A stretch of DNA of 64,000 nt from Candidatus Sumerlaeales bacterium (GTDB taxonomy: Bacteria; Sumerlaeota; Sumerlaeia; Sumerlaeales; Sumerlaeaceae), in the NCBI GenBank assembly GCA_038243585.1, contig JBBSQY010000004.1:50171-114170 (forward strand), written 5' to 3'. Positions 20,901-31,168 of the stretch are shown here, in pieces; the first letter of the stretch is position 1; each line of letters begins with the position of its first letter. The position numbers were made by a program, and so were the translations under genes. The notes under the pieces were generated by a model, which saw only the letters and a list, made by a program, of their open reading frames with translations, was not told the DNA's origin and did not search any database.

Positions 20901-21452
20901 TGTAAATGACGGGCGAATAATGACAGGGAAATTGAGCTCGTAAGCTTTGTCCAGGGCGGTGTTCGCGGCGATGCGAATCTGCTCTTCACGCGGGCCCTCC
21001 GCGCGGATAATGACGCTGCGCGGCACGTCCAGGCCGATGTCCAGCATGGTATCTTTAAACCGCTGGCGATCTTCGGCGCGGTCAATTGCATCGGCGTTGG
21101 CCCCGATGAGTTCGCAACCATACTTTTCAAAGACGCCTTTTCCGGAAAGTTCCATGGCCAGATTAAGGGCGGTCTGGCCTCCAAGGGTGGGCAAAACGGC
21201 GTCCGGACGTTCGCGCTCAATGATGGATTCCACCACTTCCGCAGTCAAAGGTTCTATATACGTGCGATCGCCAAACTGCGGATCGGTCATGATTGTCGCG
21301 GGGTTTGAATTAACGAGAACGACTTCGTAGCCGTCCTCACGAAGAGCTTTGCAGCCCTGGGTTCCGGAATAGTCAAACTCGCAGCCTTGTCCGATGACAA
21401 TCGGACCGCTGCCGATGATAAGAATTTTTTTGATGTCTGATTTCTGCGCCAA
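17979..21452 (-). CDS. carB: Carbamoyl-phosphate synthase large subunit
   Basis: [17 protein letters not shown], duplicated ATP-grasp halves, [27 protein letters not shown] and an MGS domain. Likely TTG start at 21452 after GGGAAGGGG. Confidence 0.97.
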   Translation of the reverse strand: MAQKSDIKKILIIGSGPIVIGQGCEFDYSGTQGCKALREDGYEVVLVNSNPATIMTDPQFGDRTYIEPLTAEVVESIIERERPDAVLPTLGGQTALNLAMELSGKGVFEKYGCELIGANADAIDRAEDRQRFKDTMLDIGLDVPRSVIIRAEGPREEQIRIAANTALDKAYELNFPVIIRPSFTLGGSGGGTAYNVEEFLEIARNGLNLSPTHEIMIEQSIRGWKEFELEVMRDMYDNVVIVCSIENVDAMGVHTGDSITVAPIQTLSDREYQAMRDDAVKIIRAIGVETGGSNIQFATEPTTGRRVVIEMNPRVSRSSALSSKATGFPIAKIAAKLATGMRLDELPNDITKMTPACFEPSIDYVVTKLPRFAFEKFPGSDPTLGTQMKSVGETMAIGRTFKESLQKGLRGLEIGRAGLGADGKVTGARAEDYRAQLNWNLRNPNPERIFWLRSALRPRCVDETDFAVEKLGLNGIACDRISSFMTIDEVADATHIDRWFLQNIYEIAVFEHTLADAAAEMYFQKSGAIDPTGPEHDIMMHAKQLGFSDKQLATIFSSQKDTWTEWEVRDRRLALGVKAVFKSVDTCGGEFEAHTPYYYSTYEDTTSEFANEALPTDRKKVIILGGGPNRIGQGIEFDYCCVQAVFALKDAGYETIMVNSNPETVSTDYDTADRLYFEPLTAEDVLNIIENECGNGEVSGIIVQYGGQTPLGLARAIEKYIADKKLPTRIVGTSPDSIDLAEDRKRFGALLDELKIPSPANGSGRSYEELQGLANKIGYPVMVRPSYVLGGRAMQIVYNDAQIRNFMHIAQDVSPEHPVLVDKFLDGAIEVDVDAVCDYPTENSAADQQSSQMCVIAAIMEHIEEAGIHSGDSACVIPPRTLSEPVLDQIRRYTQALGKALNVRGLMNIQYAVKDEQVYVLEVNPRASRTVPYVSKTVGLPIAQFAARVMLGESLETVGFTEQPTVDYFSVKEAVLPFNKFMGSEVRLGPEMRSTGEVMGIDPNPGLAFAKSQAAAGNTLPMSGGVFISINDDDKPAFLPIAQKLSKLGFEIFCTDGTFHFLEKNGIKASQLAKIQEGRPNVVDYVINGEIGMVINTFSGPQGRPDEHQIRTLVVSRGIPLVTTISAARAGVEGIEAVKDQKVTLRSIQEYHAQNKR

Positions 21453-21683
21453 CTGCGGCCCCTTCCCGACGCGCCGGTTGATGCCATCCGGGCGGGTGTT
21501 GTGGAATTTAAGGGGCGCCGGCTCCGCTAAACAACGCAGACGGCTGACCCATGCCTTCAACCATTGTTTGGGGAAATTTGTTCATACGTAGGGCAGGTTT
21601 CTTTTTAGACGTGTAATAATTGGCAGAACCTGACCAAATCCTGAGATGATTATAATGTATTTTCCCTACGAAAAGAGCCTCCA

Positions 21684-22982
21684 TTGACCCCCGAAATTCC
21701 GTTTGAATGGCATATTAAACGCGCCGCACTGCTTAGCACCGGTTCAGAAATCCTGCAGGGTCAGTATGCCGATTCCAATGCGCGTTATCTGGCGGAGAAG
21801 CTTACCCTGGCGGGCGTGACTGTTACCGCTATCATTTCTGCGCCAGATGATCCACAGGCGATTGAAAAGGCCTTGTGTTTTGCGGCCGCCAACGCAGACC
21901 TGGTTATATGCACCGGCGGCCTTGGTCCGACCCTCGACGACGTCAACCGCTTCGTATTTGAACGGGTGTTTCAGCGCCCACTGTGTCGCGACGAAGTCGC
22001 CATCGAGGGCATGGGCCGCCGTTTCCTTACCAGCGGCAAGGGGCCCATGCCCGAGGCCAACGAAGTGCAGGCCTTGCTGCCAGAGGGATGCGTGCCACTG
22101 TATAACCGCTGGGGCACAGCGCCCGGCTTTCTCATCGCGCCGGATGGCCGGGGCGATCTCCCGTGCTGTGGCCTCCTGGCACTCCCAGGTCCACCGTCAG
22201 AAATGATGCCGATGCTCGATCAGCTCGCAATGCCCGCACTTAGGAAATATCTCTCTGCCGCACGCATCGGCGGCATTCGAACAATCCATACTTACGGCCA
22301 CCCGGAATCTCTTATCGGGAGTTTGATTGCGGATCTGTTTCAGCCATCGCCGGGGATTGAATTCACCATTTTGGCCAAGCAGCATGGGGTTGATCTTCGG
22401 ATTCGGGCCATGGCGGATTCGCAGGGGGAAGTTGATGAAATGCTGGCGAATTACGAGCAGCAGGTACGGGTGCGCCTGGATCCGGCGATGATTTATGGTT
22501 TGGACGATGACACCCTTGCCAGTGCGGTAGGCAAACTTCTGAAAGAGCGGGGCGCGTGGGTGACGACTGCGGAATCATGTACCGGCGGCCTGGTGGCCCA
22601 GATGCTGACAGATGTGGCGGGCAGTTCCGCCTACGTTGGCGAATGTCACGTGACCTATAGTAACACAGCAAAAACCCGCGTGCTGGGGGTTAAACCAGAA
22701 ACGCTCGATGCGGTGGGAGCCGTCAGCGAAGAGGTCGCGATAGAAATGGCGGAGGGCGCGCGGCGGGTCAGCGGCGCGGATTATGCCATCTCCGTGACAG
22801 GGGTAGCCGGACCTGATGGCGGAACGCCGGGTAAGCCTGTAGGACTCGTTTACATTTCCGTAGCCGGCCCCGGAGGCGCAGCCACAACAAAAAACCACTT
22901 CCAGGGAAACCGGGCAGGAAACCGCCTCCAATCCGCGCAGACCGCATTAAACATGATTCGCCTGATCCTGACGGCCAAGTAA
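21684..22982 (+). CDS. cinA: CinA (MoCF-binding domain plus PncC NMN deamidase)
   Basis: GSEILQG, TGGLGPT.DD, LPGPP.EM, AESCTGG and TGVAGPDGG. Confidence 0.93.
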   Translation: MTPEIPFEWHIKRAALLSTGSEILQGQYADSNARYLAEKLTLAGVTVTAIISAPDDPQAIEKALCFAAANADLVICTGGLGPTLDDVNRFVFERVFQRPLCRDEVAIEGMGRRFLTSGKGPMPEANEVQALLPEGCVPLYNRWGTAPGFLIAPDGRGDLPCCGLLALPGPPSEMMPMLDQLAMPALRKYLSAARIGGIRTIHTYGHPESLIGSLIADLFQPSPGIEFTILAKQHGVDLRIRAMADSQGEVDEMLANYEQQVRVRLDPAMIYGLDDDTLASAVGKLLKERGAWVTTAESCTGGLVAQMLTDVAGSSAYVGECHVTYSNTAKTRVLGVKPETLDAVGAVSEEVAIEMAEGARRVSGADYAISVTGVAGPDGGTPGKPVGLVYISVAGPGGAATTKNHFQGNRAGNRLQSAQTALNMIRLILTAK

Positions 22983-23131
22983 CCGGCAGGAGCCCATGCG
23001 AAAGACTCCGGCCTTAAACGTTTCGTACCGCTCTTTAAAATTTCCCGGTCAATGTTCGATTCCGTCGCGTAACTTGGACGCCGAATCATTTTCTGCTTGC
23101 GACAGCGGTTTTCGGATTGGATTTGTTGATT

Positions 23132-23617
23132 ATGATTACACTGGATACCCTCATTGATCAAAGCCTTGGCACTCGCCAGGTGCTTGTTAAACTATTTAAA
23201 AGCATTCCCATTGAACAGGCCGACGCTATGCCACCGACCTGGCACAACAATGCCCGCTGGCATGCGGGGCATCTTTTGGTCACGCCTTGTATGCTGACCT
23301 ACGGGATTTTAAAAGAGCCGCTACCCGTCCCGGACGAATATCGCCGGTGGTTTGCAAAGGGAAGCAGTCCGTCTGATTGGGGCGATGATCCTCTGCCGGT
23401 TTATAACGACCTTGTCGACGATATCGTACCTTTGAGCGGTCGCCTGTTTGACGCGATGAAAGATCGCGGCGACGAACCATTTCTTGAGCCCTATACGACT
23501 TCGCTCAACGTCATCCTTAGAACGCCGGCGGACGCATTGAATTTCAGCATGATGCACGATGGAATTCATCTCGGGATGCTATTAGCCCTGACGCGGGCTT
23601 TGCAGGTTTCCCATTAA
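23132..23617 (+). CDS. DinB family protein (thiol S-transferase-like)
   Basis: NNARWHAGHL and HDGIHLG metal-binding His motifs. Confidence 0.82.
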   Translation: MITLDTLIDQSLGTRQVLVKLFKSIPIEQADAMPPTWHNNARWHAGHLLVTPCMLTYGILKEPLPVPDEYRRWFAKGSSPSDWGDDPLPVYNDLVDDIVPLSGRLFDAMKDRGDEPFLEPYTTSLNVILRTPADALNFSMMHDGIHLGMLLALTRALQVSH

Positions 23618-23722
23618 AGAAGCTGCACGGGATTGTTTTCACCAGTTGGTGTGTAGGCGTAACCCTCTATCAGGGAAAGCGCCAGTTTCGCCAGGAGAGT
23701 ATCCGGTAACGGTTTTTAATTA

Positions 23723-24823
23723 ATGATTCGCGTAGACAATCTGATAAAACAATTTGGCGACGTGCGCGCCGTGGACGGTCTGTCTTTTGAGTTGTTCCAA
23801 GGCGAAATCTTGGGATTTCTTGGTCCGAACGGCGCCGGCAAAACCACGACCATGCGCATACTTACCTGCTACTTTCCGCCTACTGCGGGAAAAGCTACGG
23901 TGGCGGGTTTCGATGTTCTAAATGAGCCAGACGAGGTTCGCCGTGTAATCGGGTATATGCCGGAGGGCGTGCCGCTTTACCGGGATATGACGGTCACAGA
24001 CATCCTGGACTTCGTCGCTCACTCCAAGGGATTTGGTCGGCGCGACCGCAAAAATTTTGTCGCCAATGCCATCGAAGAAACCAACCTTGGTGAGGTGCGC
24101 CATCGCATGGTGGGCCAACTCTCCAAAGGATTCCGCCAGCGGGTCGGTCTGGCCCAGGCGATTATTGGAAACCCAAAAGTTTTGATTCTGGACGAGCCAA
24201 CCTCCGGTCTTGATCCACGGCAGATCGCGGACATGCGGGAGCTTATCAAAAGAATGGCGGGCGAGCGTACCGTCATCTTAAGCACCCATATTTTGCCTGA
24301 AGTTCAGATGACCTGCTCTCGGGTAATTATTATTAATCGTGGCAAAATTGCCGCCAGCGGCACCCCGGAAAAGCTTACCACCAGGGTACAGAATCGTTTT
24401 CAGGCCGTGGCCTGCATCATTGGTCCGCAAGAGGCCGTGGTCCGGAGCCTGCGGGCGTTACCGGGCGTGCGCGATGTCCATGTTGGACCGGGGGGCGAAG
24501 TTCGCGGCGTCAGCGGGCGTGCTGCGGAATATACGATAACGAGCGGAATCGAAGTACCAGATGTGCGCCCGGCAATTGTTCAGGCATCCGTTCAAAACAA
24601 CTGGACCCTCGTCGAGCTTCGCGAACTGGGCATGAGCCTCGAAGATGTCTTCCTGAAAATCGTTGCCGGCGAAGCTGGCTCGGAAGCGGCCGGCGGCAGT
24701 GGAATTGCCGCCCGTGCTGCGACGGCCTCAATCAATGATACGGCCCCGCAAGCCTCTAATACTCCGGAAGGGCTTACTGCGGCCGCTGCCGATCAAATTT
24801 CCGAGAAGAAGAGCGACGTCTAA
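23723..24823 (+). CDS. ABC transporter ATP-binding protein (GldA-like)
   Basis: GPNGAGKTT, LSKGFRQRVG, LDEPTSGLDP, STHILPEV and SLEDVFL. Confidence 0.93.
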   Translation: MIRVDNLIKQFGDVRAVDGLSFELFQGEILGFLGPNGAGKTTTMRILTCYFPPTAGKATVAGFDVLNEPDEVRRVIGYMPEGVPLYRDMTVTDILDFVAHSKGFGRRDRKNFVANAIEETNLGEVRHRMVGQLSKGFRQRVGLAQAIIGNPKVLILDEPTSGLDPRQIADMRELIKRMAGERTVILSTHILPEVQMTCSRVIIINRGKIAASGTPEKLTTRVQNRFQAVACIIGPQEAVVRSLRALPGVRDVHVGPGGEVRGVSGRAAEYTITSGIEVPDVRPAIVQASVQNNWTLVELRELGMSLEDVFLKIVAGEAGSEAAGGSGIAARAATASINDTAPQASNTPEGLTAAAADQISEKKSDV

Positions 24824-25602
24824 TGAACCCGTTTAAGTTCTTCCCCATTTATCGACGCGAACTGAAAAGTTATATTACGTCGCCAACCGTTTACGTGTGT
24901 GTGGCGCTGTTTCTGTTTATGAGTGGTTTAATATTTTATGGTATTATGAACGATTTCAGCCATGCCAGTTCCGACGTTGAATACCGTCAGGAAAACGGCA
25001 TCGACACCCTGAATTTTACGCTGCTGGTCGTTCGCCAGATGTTCTTTGCACTGAACTTCCTGTTGATCTTCATAGTTCCCATCTTTACCATGCGCCAACT
25101 GGCAGAAGAAAAGAAAACCGGCACATTTGAATTGCTGAAATCCCTGCCGTTTACTGACTGGAATATCGTCATCGCGAAATTCCTGTCAGCGTATACTGTC
25201 GTGGCGGGCATGTTGATCCTTAGCGGATATTACACGCTTTTGATGATGCGTTTTGGTGATCCGGAATTGCTGGTGGTTGGTGTGGCTATGATTGGCGCGC
25301 TGCTGGCATCGGCCGCATACACGGCAATTGGTCTTTTTGCATCCGCCCTCACCGAAAATCAGATTGTATCCGCTATTGTCGGCTTCGTGCTTCTGCTGTT
25401 TTTCTTCCTGGCCGGCGAGTTCATCCCGCCCTCAAGCCAGGGTCTGGGCCGTGTTCTTGAGCTCCTCAGTATGCGTTACCATACCGACCAGTTCGCGCGC
25501 GGGCTTCTTCGTCTGGAAGACGCCGCGTACTTCCTGCTGCTGGTTGTCATATTTTTGTTTCTCACAACACGTATTCTTGAGCTGCGCCGGTGGAGAGTAT
25601 AA
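24823..25602 (+). CDS. ABC-2 permease (GldF-like)
   Basis: RRELKSY..SP, TMRQLAEEKKTGTFELL and SALTENQIVSA; translationally coupled to its neighbours. Confidence 0.9.
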   Translation: MNPFKFFPIYRRELKSYITSPTVYVCVALFLFMSGLIFYGIMNDFSHASSDVEYRQENGIDTLNFTLLVVRQMFFALNFLLIFIVPIFTMRQLAEEKKTGTFELLKSLPFTDWNIVIAKFLSAYTVVAGMLILSGYYTLLMMRFGDPELLVVGVAMIGALLASAAYTAIGLFASALTENQIVSAIVGFVLLLFFFLAGEFIPPSSQGLGRVLELLSMRYHTDQFARGLLRLEDAAYFLLLVVIFLFLTTRILELRRWRV

Positions 25603-27254
25603 TGGAAGACGTTAAATCCACAAAACCAGCGCGTAAATCCTTTGGCAATAATCAGCAGCAGATACTGCTGTTTGCCGGCATGGTTCTGTTTCTTACGGGC
25701 CTGGTAGCCACGGCCCTGTTGGGGCAGTTTAATATTATTACGTCTGCGCTTTGTATCCTCGGTATCGTAATCGGATCGGTGGTTTTTCTTCCAAGATTTA
25801 CTCGAAACTTGCCTGTCTACGCCAACATGGCGCTGTACTCGTTTTTCTTTTGCGCAGCCGCTGTCGTTTTCTTTATGATTTTGCAGAAGCACCCGCTGAC
25901 TTTTGACGCCACTAAAAGCCGTAATTTCAGTTTAAGCACGGTTACTTCTAACTTTCTGGAGCGGCTGGATCAGCCTATCCGGGCGACGGTTTTTGTAAGC
26001 AGCAAGCAGGATCGGAATTCCGCCAGCCTACTGCTGGGCGAATACAGCCGCTATTCTCCCCAGTTCGACTATCGCATTGTCGATCCGTTTCTGGAAACCG
26101 GCGTTGCCCGTGAGTACGGCGCTGAAATCCTTCCCGGTGAAATGTACCTCGAGCGCATGACCACTGACACCCAGCGCGCAGATCACACTGTAAAGGTCGG
26201 CAAGCTGACAGAAGAGCAACTGACAAATGGTATTGTTCAGTTACTTCGTGGCCGTGATCTAACCCTCTATTTTACCGTAGGCCATGGAGAACCGGCCTTG
26301 GCGGAAGACAAAATCACAGCGGTTATGCGCGGACAAAACACTGATCCTGACAACCTGCAAAACCTGTCAGATCAGCTGAGCAGGGCATATGTCCAGGCAG
26401 TGCCTTTAGAACTGGACCGCCGTCAGAGCGTTCCGGCTGACGCCTCCGCCGTGGTGATCGTGCGTCCGCGAATCGATTTCGACAGCGTGGAAACCCGGGC
26501 GCTTCGGGCTTATCTGGAGCGCGGTGGTCGTGTAATGTTCCTGTTAAATCCCGATATTCCGCAGATCGGTAATGAAATCCGAACAGCCCTCGTTAATCTT
26601 GGGTCCGTTATAGAACAGTTCGGAATTCAGCTTCCTCCTGACGCAGTGGTGATGCCCCTCGCGAAGCAGCAGGGCCAAAGCATAATGATAACGCCTGCTA
26701 TAGCAAAAGAACATCGCATTACGCAAGGCTTGCCGACGGATAAGGCTATTTTGAATTTTGAACAGGCACGTCCCGTGACGCAGGGTACAGCACCGCGCAA
26801 TACCTTCCTTGAGACGTTTCTTGTTTCTGGCCCCGAGGCCTGGCCATTCCCGATCGAAGAACTTCGGCGGGTTTTCGTCACCCGAACTGAACCCAAAATT
26901 ACTCCTGACATGGATGATTTGAAATCCATACCTCTCGGGGTTGTAGCCACCCAGGTACGACCTGCCACAGGAGAAAAAGGCGCCGCCAAAGTGATGGTGG
27001 TTGGCAACGGCAGCTTTTTAACCAGCCGTTACCTTACGGATCAGGGCTGGATGATGTTTATGAACGGCGTTAACTGGCTTACGGACTCCGGAGAACTGAT
27101 CGCCATTCCCAGCGCAGAAATTGAAAATACCCCGGCTATACTGACCCCGGGCCAGAGACAGTTCCTGTTTATACTTGTTGTTATCGCCGTCCCTACCCTG
27201 ATTGCCCTTGGGGGTCTTGGCTACTCTATAGCAAGAAGGGGCGCGTTAAAATGA
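25602..27254 (+). CDS. GldG-like ABC-type uncharacterised transport system auxiliary protein
   Basis: D.T....SLS..T, EEQLTNGI, YFTVGHGE, YLERGG and N.VNWL plus a C-terminal TM helix. Confidence 0.85.
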   Translation: MEDVKSTKPARKSFGNNQQQILLFAGMVLFLTGLVATALLGQFNIITSALCILGIVIGSVVFLPRFTRNLPVYANMALYSFFFCAAAVVFFMILQKHPLTFDATKSRNFSLSTVTSNFLERLDQPIRATVFVSSKQDRNSASLLLGEYSRYSPQFDYRIVDPFLETGVAREYGAEILPGEMYLERMTTDTQRADHTVKVGKLTEEQLTNGIVQLLRGRDLTLYFTVGHGEPALAEDKITAVMRGQNTDPDNLQNLSDQLSRAYVQAVPLELDRRQSVPADASAVVIVRPRIDFDSVETRALRAYLERGGRVMFLLNPDIPQIGNEIRTALVNLGSVIEQFGIQLPPDAVVMPLAKQQGQSIMITPAIAKEHRITQGLPTDKAILNFEQARPVTQGTAPRNTFLETFLVSGPEAWPFPIEELRRVFVTRTEPKITPDMDDLKSIPLGVVATQVRPATGEKGAAKVMVVGNGSFLTSRYLTDQGWMMFMNGVNWLTDSGELIAIPSAEIENTPAILTPGQRQFLFILVVIAVPTLIALGGLGYSIARRGALK

Positions 27255-29053
27255 GTTGGAAGCGCAGCATTCTCTCTTTCATAATCCTTGTCCTGATGGT
27301 AATGGCACTGTTTCTGGATAGCCAGATACTTCGAAACAAAACTATTCGCGCCGTGCGCGACGCCAGTCTGGCCGACAGCGTGGATATAAGCGCGGTGGAC
27401 CAGATTATCCTAAAAAACGCCCAGGGCTCAGTCCGTTTGGTGCGTACAACAGTAGGGTGGCGAATGAAGGAGCCAGTTGACGCTCCCGCCGATGGGGAAG
27501 TGGTGGATACGGTACTTACAAACGTTACCTCCGCCCGTCGCCGTAACCCTGTAGACGCTAAGAATCTAGCCCAGTATGGTCTTGCTACACCCGAAGTTCA
27601 GCTGACACTTGTTTCTCAGGAAGGCAAGTTCGGGGACTGGGGCACCAGTTTTGGTATTGAGCTTGGATACGACTCCGTGTATACAGGACAGGTGTTCGGA
27701 CGGTATCCGGTCTCTAACGAGGTTTTCACTGTCAGCGAGCACGTAAAAAACACGCTTTTGCGTTCCCCTCTCGATTTCCGCCGGTCGCGGCTTCTGGATG
27801 TGGACACCGGAAACCTGGAGCAATATCAGTCTTTTGAAATTACAATGCCCGACGACGGCGGCGTAAAGCTGGTCAATCAAAAGGGCGGATGGCAGATCGC
27901 CGAACCTATCCAGGCGACTGCGGAAAAAGCCATAGTGAGCGAATACTTTAATCGTCTTGGCGTGCTTCGCGCAATGGGTTATGTCAGCCAGGAGGGGGAT
28001 CGCCCCACCAGCATGGCTGCCGCGCTGGAGGCCCTCAGCAGTCCAACGTTATCGCTAACATTGACCGGCCAGGCCGGCTCTCGCCCTCAGCAACTTAATG
28101 TTGCGCTGGCGGAAGGTCCTGATGGTCCTGTATACGTGGCGCAGCATCCGGGCGAAGAGGAAATCATGGCCCTTAGCAGCGAAACCGTAACAGAAATCCG
28201 ACGCAACAGCCAGTATTTCCGTTCTAGAGATTTGTTTACTATGAAAGTGGACGACGTGGGCCTGTTTACTATCCAGATCGCCCGCGCCGCGCCGACTGCC
28301 CTTATACGCAACGAGCAGAACATGTGGGAACTTGTTGGGGATCAGGAATTTAGAATTAACCAGCAGTCGTTAAACGAACGCCTGGCGGCTCTTACCAGTT
28401 TGCGCATTGTAGACTATGTGGATTCGAATCCGGTTGATCTGGCGAACTATGGGCTGGATAATCCCCGGATCCGGTTTAATATGACCAGCAAAGACAAAAC
28501 AAAAACCGAAAGCCTGGAAGTAGGCGGCTCACAGGGAGACGTCGGTGGACCTAGTTTCGCGCGTAGCTCCACGGATAAGGGAATCTTCACCGTGCAAATG
28601 TCCCGCGATATGTTTATCCTCGCCAGCGAAATAGCGGACAAGAATTTTGCCGCGGTAGATTTAACCCGCCTCGCAAAAGTGGAGTTGGACATAGACGGGG
28701 AAACTTACGAAGTGAAGCGGGAGGGCAACGAATGGAAACTGTTGAAGCCATCCCAAAGCACCTACTCAACTCTTGATCTGCGCGAGATCGGGACTATACT
28801 GACAATGGTTAATGGGCTGGAATATACGGAAGACATAACCGGTTCAAGCCAGGTGGTTGTCGCCCCGGATAAGGGCCCGGCCATATCGGTGAGATTCTAT
28901 GGGCAAAACGACGCGCCTCTGAACGAGATGAACGTGACGGCCCGCATAAATAGAACTACGACCCTTGTCACCAACGGGCGCGAGCGAACCTTTGAGGTGT
29001 CTACGCCTGCTATCGAGCAGCTCTATGCCGCGGCCAAAAGCCTGGTCCGCTAG
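27251..29053 (+). CDS. DUF4340 domain protein (about 3 repeats)
   Basis: W.M.EP..APAD, LAQYGL..P, LANYGLDNP and FR.R.L repeats; usual last gene of GldAFG-like operons. Confidence 0.8.
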   Translation: MSWKRSILSFIILVLMVMALFLDSQILRNKTIRAVRDASLADSVDISAVDQIILKNAQGSVRLVRTTVGWRMKEPVDAPADGEVVDTVLTNVTSARRRNPVDAKNLAQYGLATPEVQLTLVSQEGKFGDWGTSFGIELGYDSVYTGQVFGRYPVSNEVFTVSEHVKNTLLRSPLDFRRSRLLDVDTGNLEQYQSFEITMPDDGGVKLVNQKGGWQIAEPIQATAEKAIVSEYFNRLGVLRAMGYVSQEGDRPTSMAAALEALSSPTLSLTLTGQAGSRPQQLNVALAEGPDGPVYVAQHPGEEEIMALSSETVTEIRRNSQYFRSRDLFTMKVDDVGLFTIQIARAAPTALIRNEQNMWELVGDQEFRINQQSLNERLAALTSLRIVDYVDSNPVDLANYGLDNPRIRFNMTSKDKTKTESLEVGGSQGDVGGPSFARSSTDKGIFTVQMSRDMFILASEIADKNFAAVDLTRLAKVELDIDGETYEVKREGNEWKLLKPSQSTYSTLDLREIGTILTMVNGLEYTEDITGSSQVVVAPDKGPAISVRFYGQNDAPLNEMNVTARINRTTTLVTNGRERTFEVSTPAIEQLYAAAKSLVR

Positions 29054-29229
29054 TGAAAGCCTAACGGCACTAAATCGTATAAACTTAAAAGATGGATCAA
29101 GATAGTTGCCGGCAACTTCCCACCATTTCCTGAATAAATTGAACCGCTGGTTATGCAATGTAGGGATATAATTGTCTGCCCCATATCCATCGGACGCAGC
29201 GAAATTTAAACGGAGAATTAAGCGACATT

Positions 29230-31098
29230 ATGAGTACAGTATCTACCCAGGAAGCTCCTTCCAGCCATCCTCTGGCCGGCAAACAAATGAAGGGCGCTGA
29301 AATGATCGTCCAGGTATTGGCCGACGAGGGCGTAGATACTATTTTCGGATACTCTGGCGGGGCAATTCTTCCGACCTATGATGCCGTCTTTACTCATAAC
29401 GCTGCTAACCGGGGAAATACTGCCACCGGCAAGGATCCTATTCGTCTTATCGTTCCCGCCAATGAGCAGGGAGCAGGGTTTATGGCCGCAGGCTATGCTC
29501 GCGCCTCGGGCAAGGTCGGCGTTTTCCTGGTGACCAGTGGCCCTGGTGCGACTAACTGCGTCACTCCTATACGCGACAGCATGGCGGACTCTGTGCCTGT
29601 TGTTTTGATCTGTGGCCAGGTTCCAACTGCCGCCATCGGCAGCGATGCCTTCCAGGAAGCTCCCGTTTACAACATTATGAGCTCCTGCGCGAAACACTGC
29701 TTCCTCGTTAAGGATCCCTCGGAGCTGGAAGCGACTGTACGCACGGCGTTCCATATTGCCCGCAGCGGTCGTCCCGGTCCTGTAGTGATCGATGTTCCAA
29801 AAGATGTTCAGAACTGGGTCGGCGCGTATCAGGGCGCTGGCGTGCTTCCGAACAGAGGCTGGCAGCATCGCATGGACAAGCTGGCAGAATCTCGCGTATC
29901 CCGTGAACGGGCCGAGTCGTTCTTCAAGATGCTGTCCCAGAGCGAACGTCCTCTGATTTATGCGGGCGGGGGCGTTATCGCTTCAAACGCCGCTGAGGAG
30001 CTGCGGGCTTTCGCCAATCAGTTTCAGATCCCCGTGGTAACCACTCTTATGGGTCTGAGTGGCATGGATACGACGGACCGTCTTTCCATGGGAATGCTCG
30101 GTATGCACGGCGCCGCTTATGCCAATTACTCTGTAGAAGACTGTGACTTTCTCATCGCACTTGGCAGCCGCTTCGATGATCGCGTGGCCGGAAAAGTGCA
30201 TGAATTTGCCCCGAACGCGCGTCATATCGCGCACATAGATATCGACGCCGCCGAAATCGGCAAGGTTAAAATGGTTCACTGGAGCCATATTGGTGATGCT
30301 AAACGAGCGTTGATCGATCTCATGGAATATGGCCGCAACTTCACCAAAGATTATTCTCCATGGGTAGACCATGTTAACGGACTGAAACAAGAATACGGTT
30401 TTAAATACGACACAACCAGCGAACACGTTCAGCCATACTTCGTCCTGGAAACCCTAACGAAAATTACAAATGGCGATGCAATTATTTCCACTGGCGTTGG
30501 TCAGCATCAGATGTGGGCCGCTCAATACATTAACTATAAGCACCCACGTACGTGGCTGACCAGCGGCAGCATGGGCACCATGGGCTTCGGTTTGCCCGCC
30601 GCTATAGGTGCGCAAATTGCCTGTCCTGACAAGGTGGTAATCGATGTGGACGGCGATGGTTCTATACGCATGAACCTGGGCGAGCTGGAAACCCTTACCA
30701 ACTACGACATTCCTGTTAAGGTGTTGCTCCTTAACAACATGGGCGATGGCATGGTGCGTCAGTGGCAGAAGCTATACTTCGATCAGCGCTTCAGCGGCAG
30801 TGACAAAACCCTTCACAAAAAGAATTTTGTGAAGGCGGCAGAGGCAGATGGTTTCGGCTTCGCGCGACGCGTCACGAAGAACGACGAAGTGGAAAGTGCT
30901 CTTCGTGAGTTTATCGCCCATGACGGTGCTGCTTTTCTTGAAGTCATGATTGATCCTGACGCAGGCGTATATCCAATGGTTGGACCAGGCATGGGATACA
31001 AAGAAATGGTGACGGGTGATTGGATCAAGTGCCGCCCTGCACCGAAAAAGGTTGGCGCTGAACCTATTGATATGACAACTATTCCCGACCTCTTTTAA
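29230..31098 (+). CDS. ilvB: Acetolactate synthase large subunit, biosynthetic type
   Basis: FGYSGGAILP, TSGPGATN, GRPGPV.ID.PKD, MLGMHG, GVGQHQMW, and the ThDP motif GDGS...NN. Confidence 0.95.
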   Translation: MSTVSTQEAPSSHPLAGKQMKGAEMIVQVLADEGVDTIFGYSGGAILPTYDAVFTHNAANRGNTATGKDPIRLIVPANEQGAGFMAAGYARASGKVGVFLVTSGPGATNCVTPIRDSMADSVPVVLICGQVPTAAIGSDAFQEAPVYNIMSSCAKHCFLVKDPSELEATVRTAFHIARSGRPGPVVIDVPKDVQNWVGAYQGAGVLPNRGWQHRMDKLAESRVSRERAESFFKMLSQSERPLIYAGGGVIASNAAEELRAFANQFQIPVVTTLMGLSGMDTTDRLSMGMLGMHGAAYANYSVEDCDFLIALGSRFDDRVAGKVHEFAPNARHIAHIDIDAAEIGKVKMVHWSHIGDAKRALIDLMEYGRNFTKDYSPWVDHVNGLKQEYGFKYDTTSEHVQPYFVLETLTKITNGDAIISTGVGQHQMWAAQYINYKHPRTWLTSGSMGTMGFGLPAAIGAQIACPDKVVIDVDGDGSIRMNLGELETLTNYDIPVKVLLLNNMGDGMVRQWQKLYFDQRFSGSDKTLHKKNFVKAAEADGFGFARRVTKNDEVESALREFIAHDGAAFLEVMIDPDAGVYPMVGPGMGYKEMVTGDWIKCRPAPKKVGAEPIDMTTIPDLF

Positions 31099-31168
31099 TT
31101 GCTACCTGGCTTCTGCCAGGCCGGATATTCTTCCATCAGAATCACTGCAATTTTGAACCAGAAAATAA

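Noticed and set aside
18846..20909. Long plus-strand ORFs (321 and 359 aa) opposite carB, and similar antisense ORFs opposite yebC, ilvB and the lyase
   Set aside because: Shadow ORFs produced by codon bias on the antisense strand of conserved genes.
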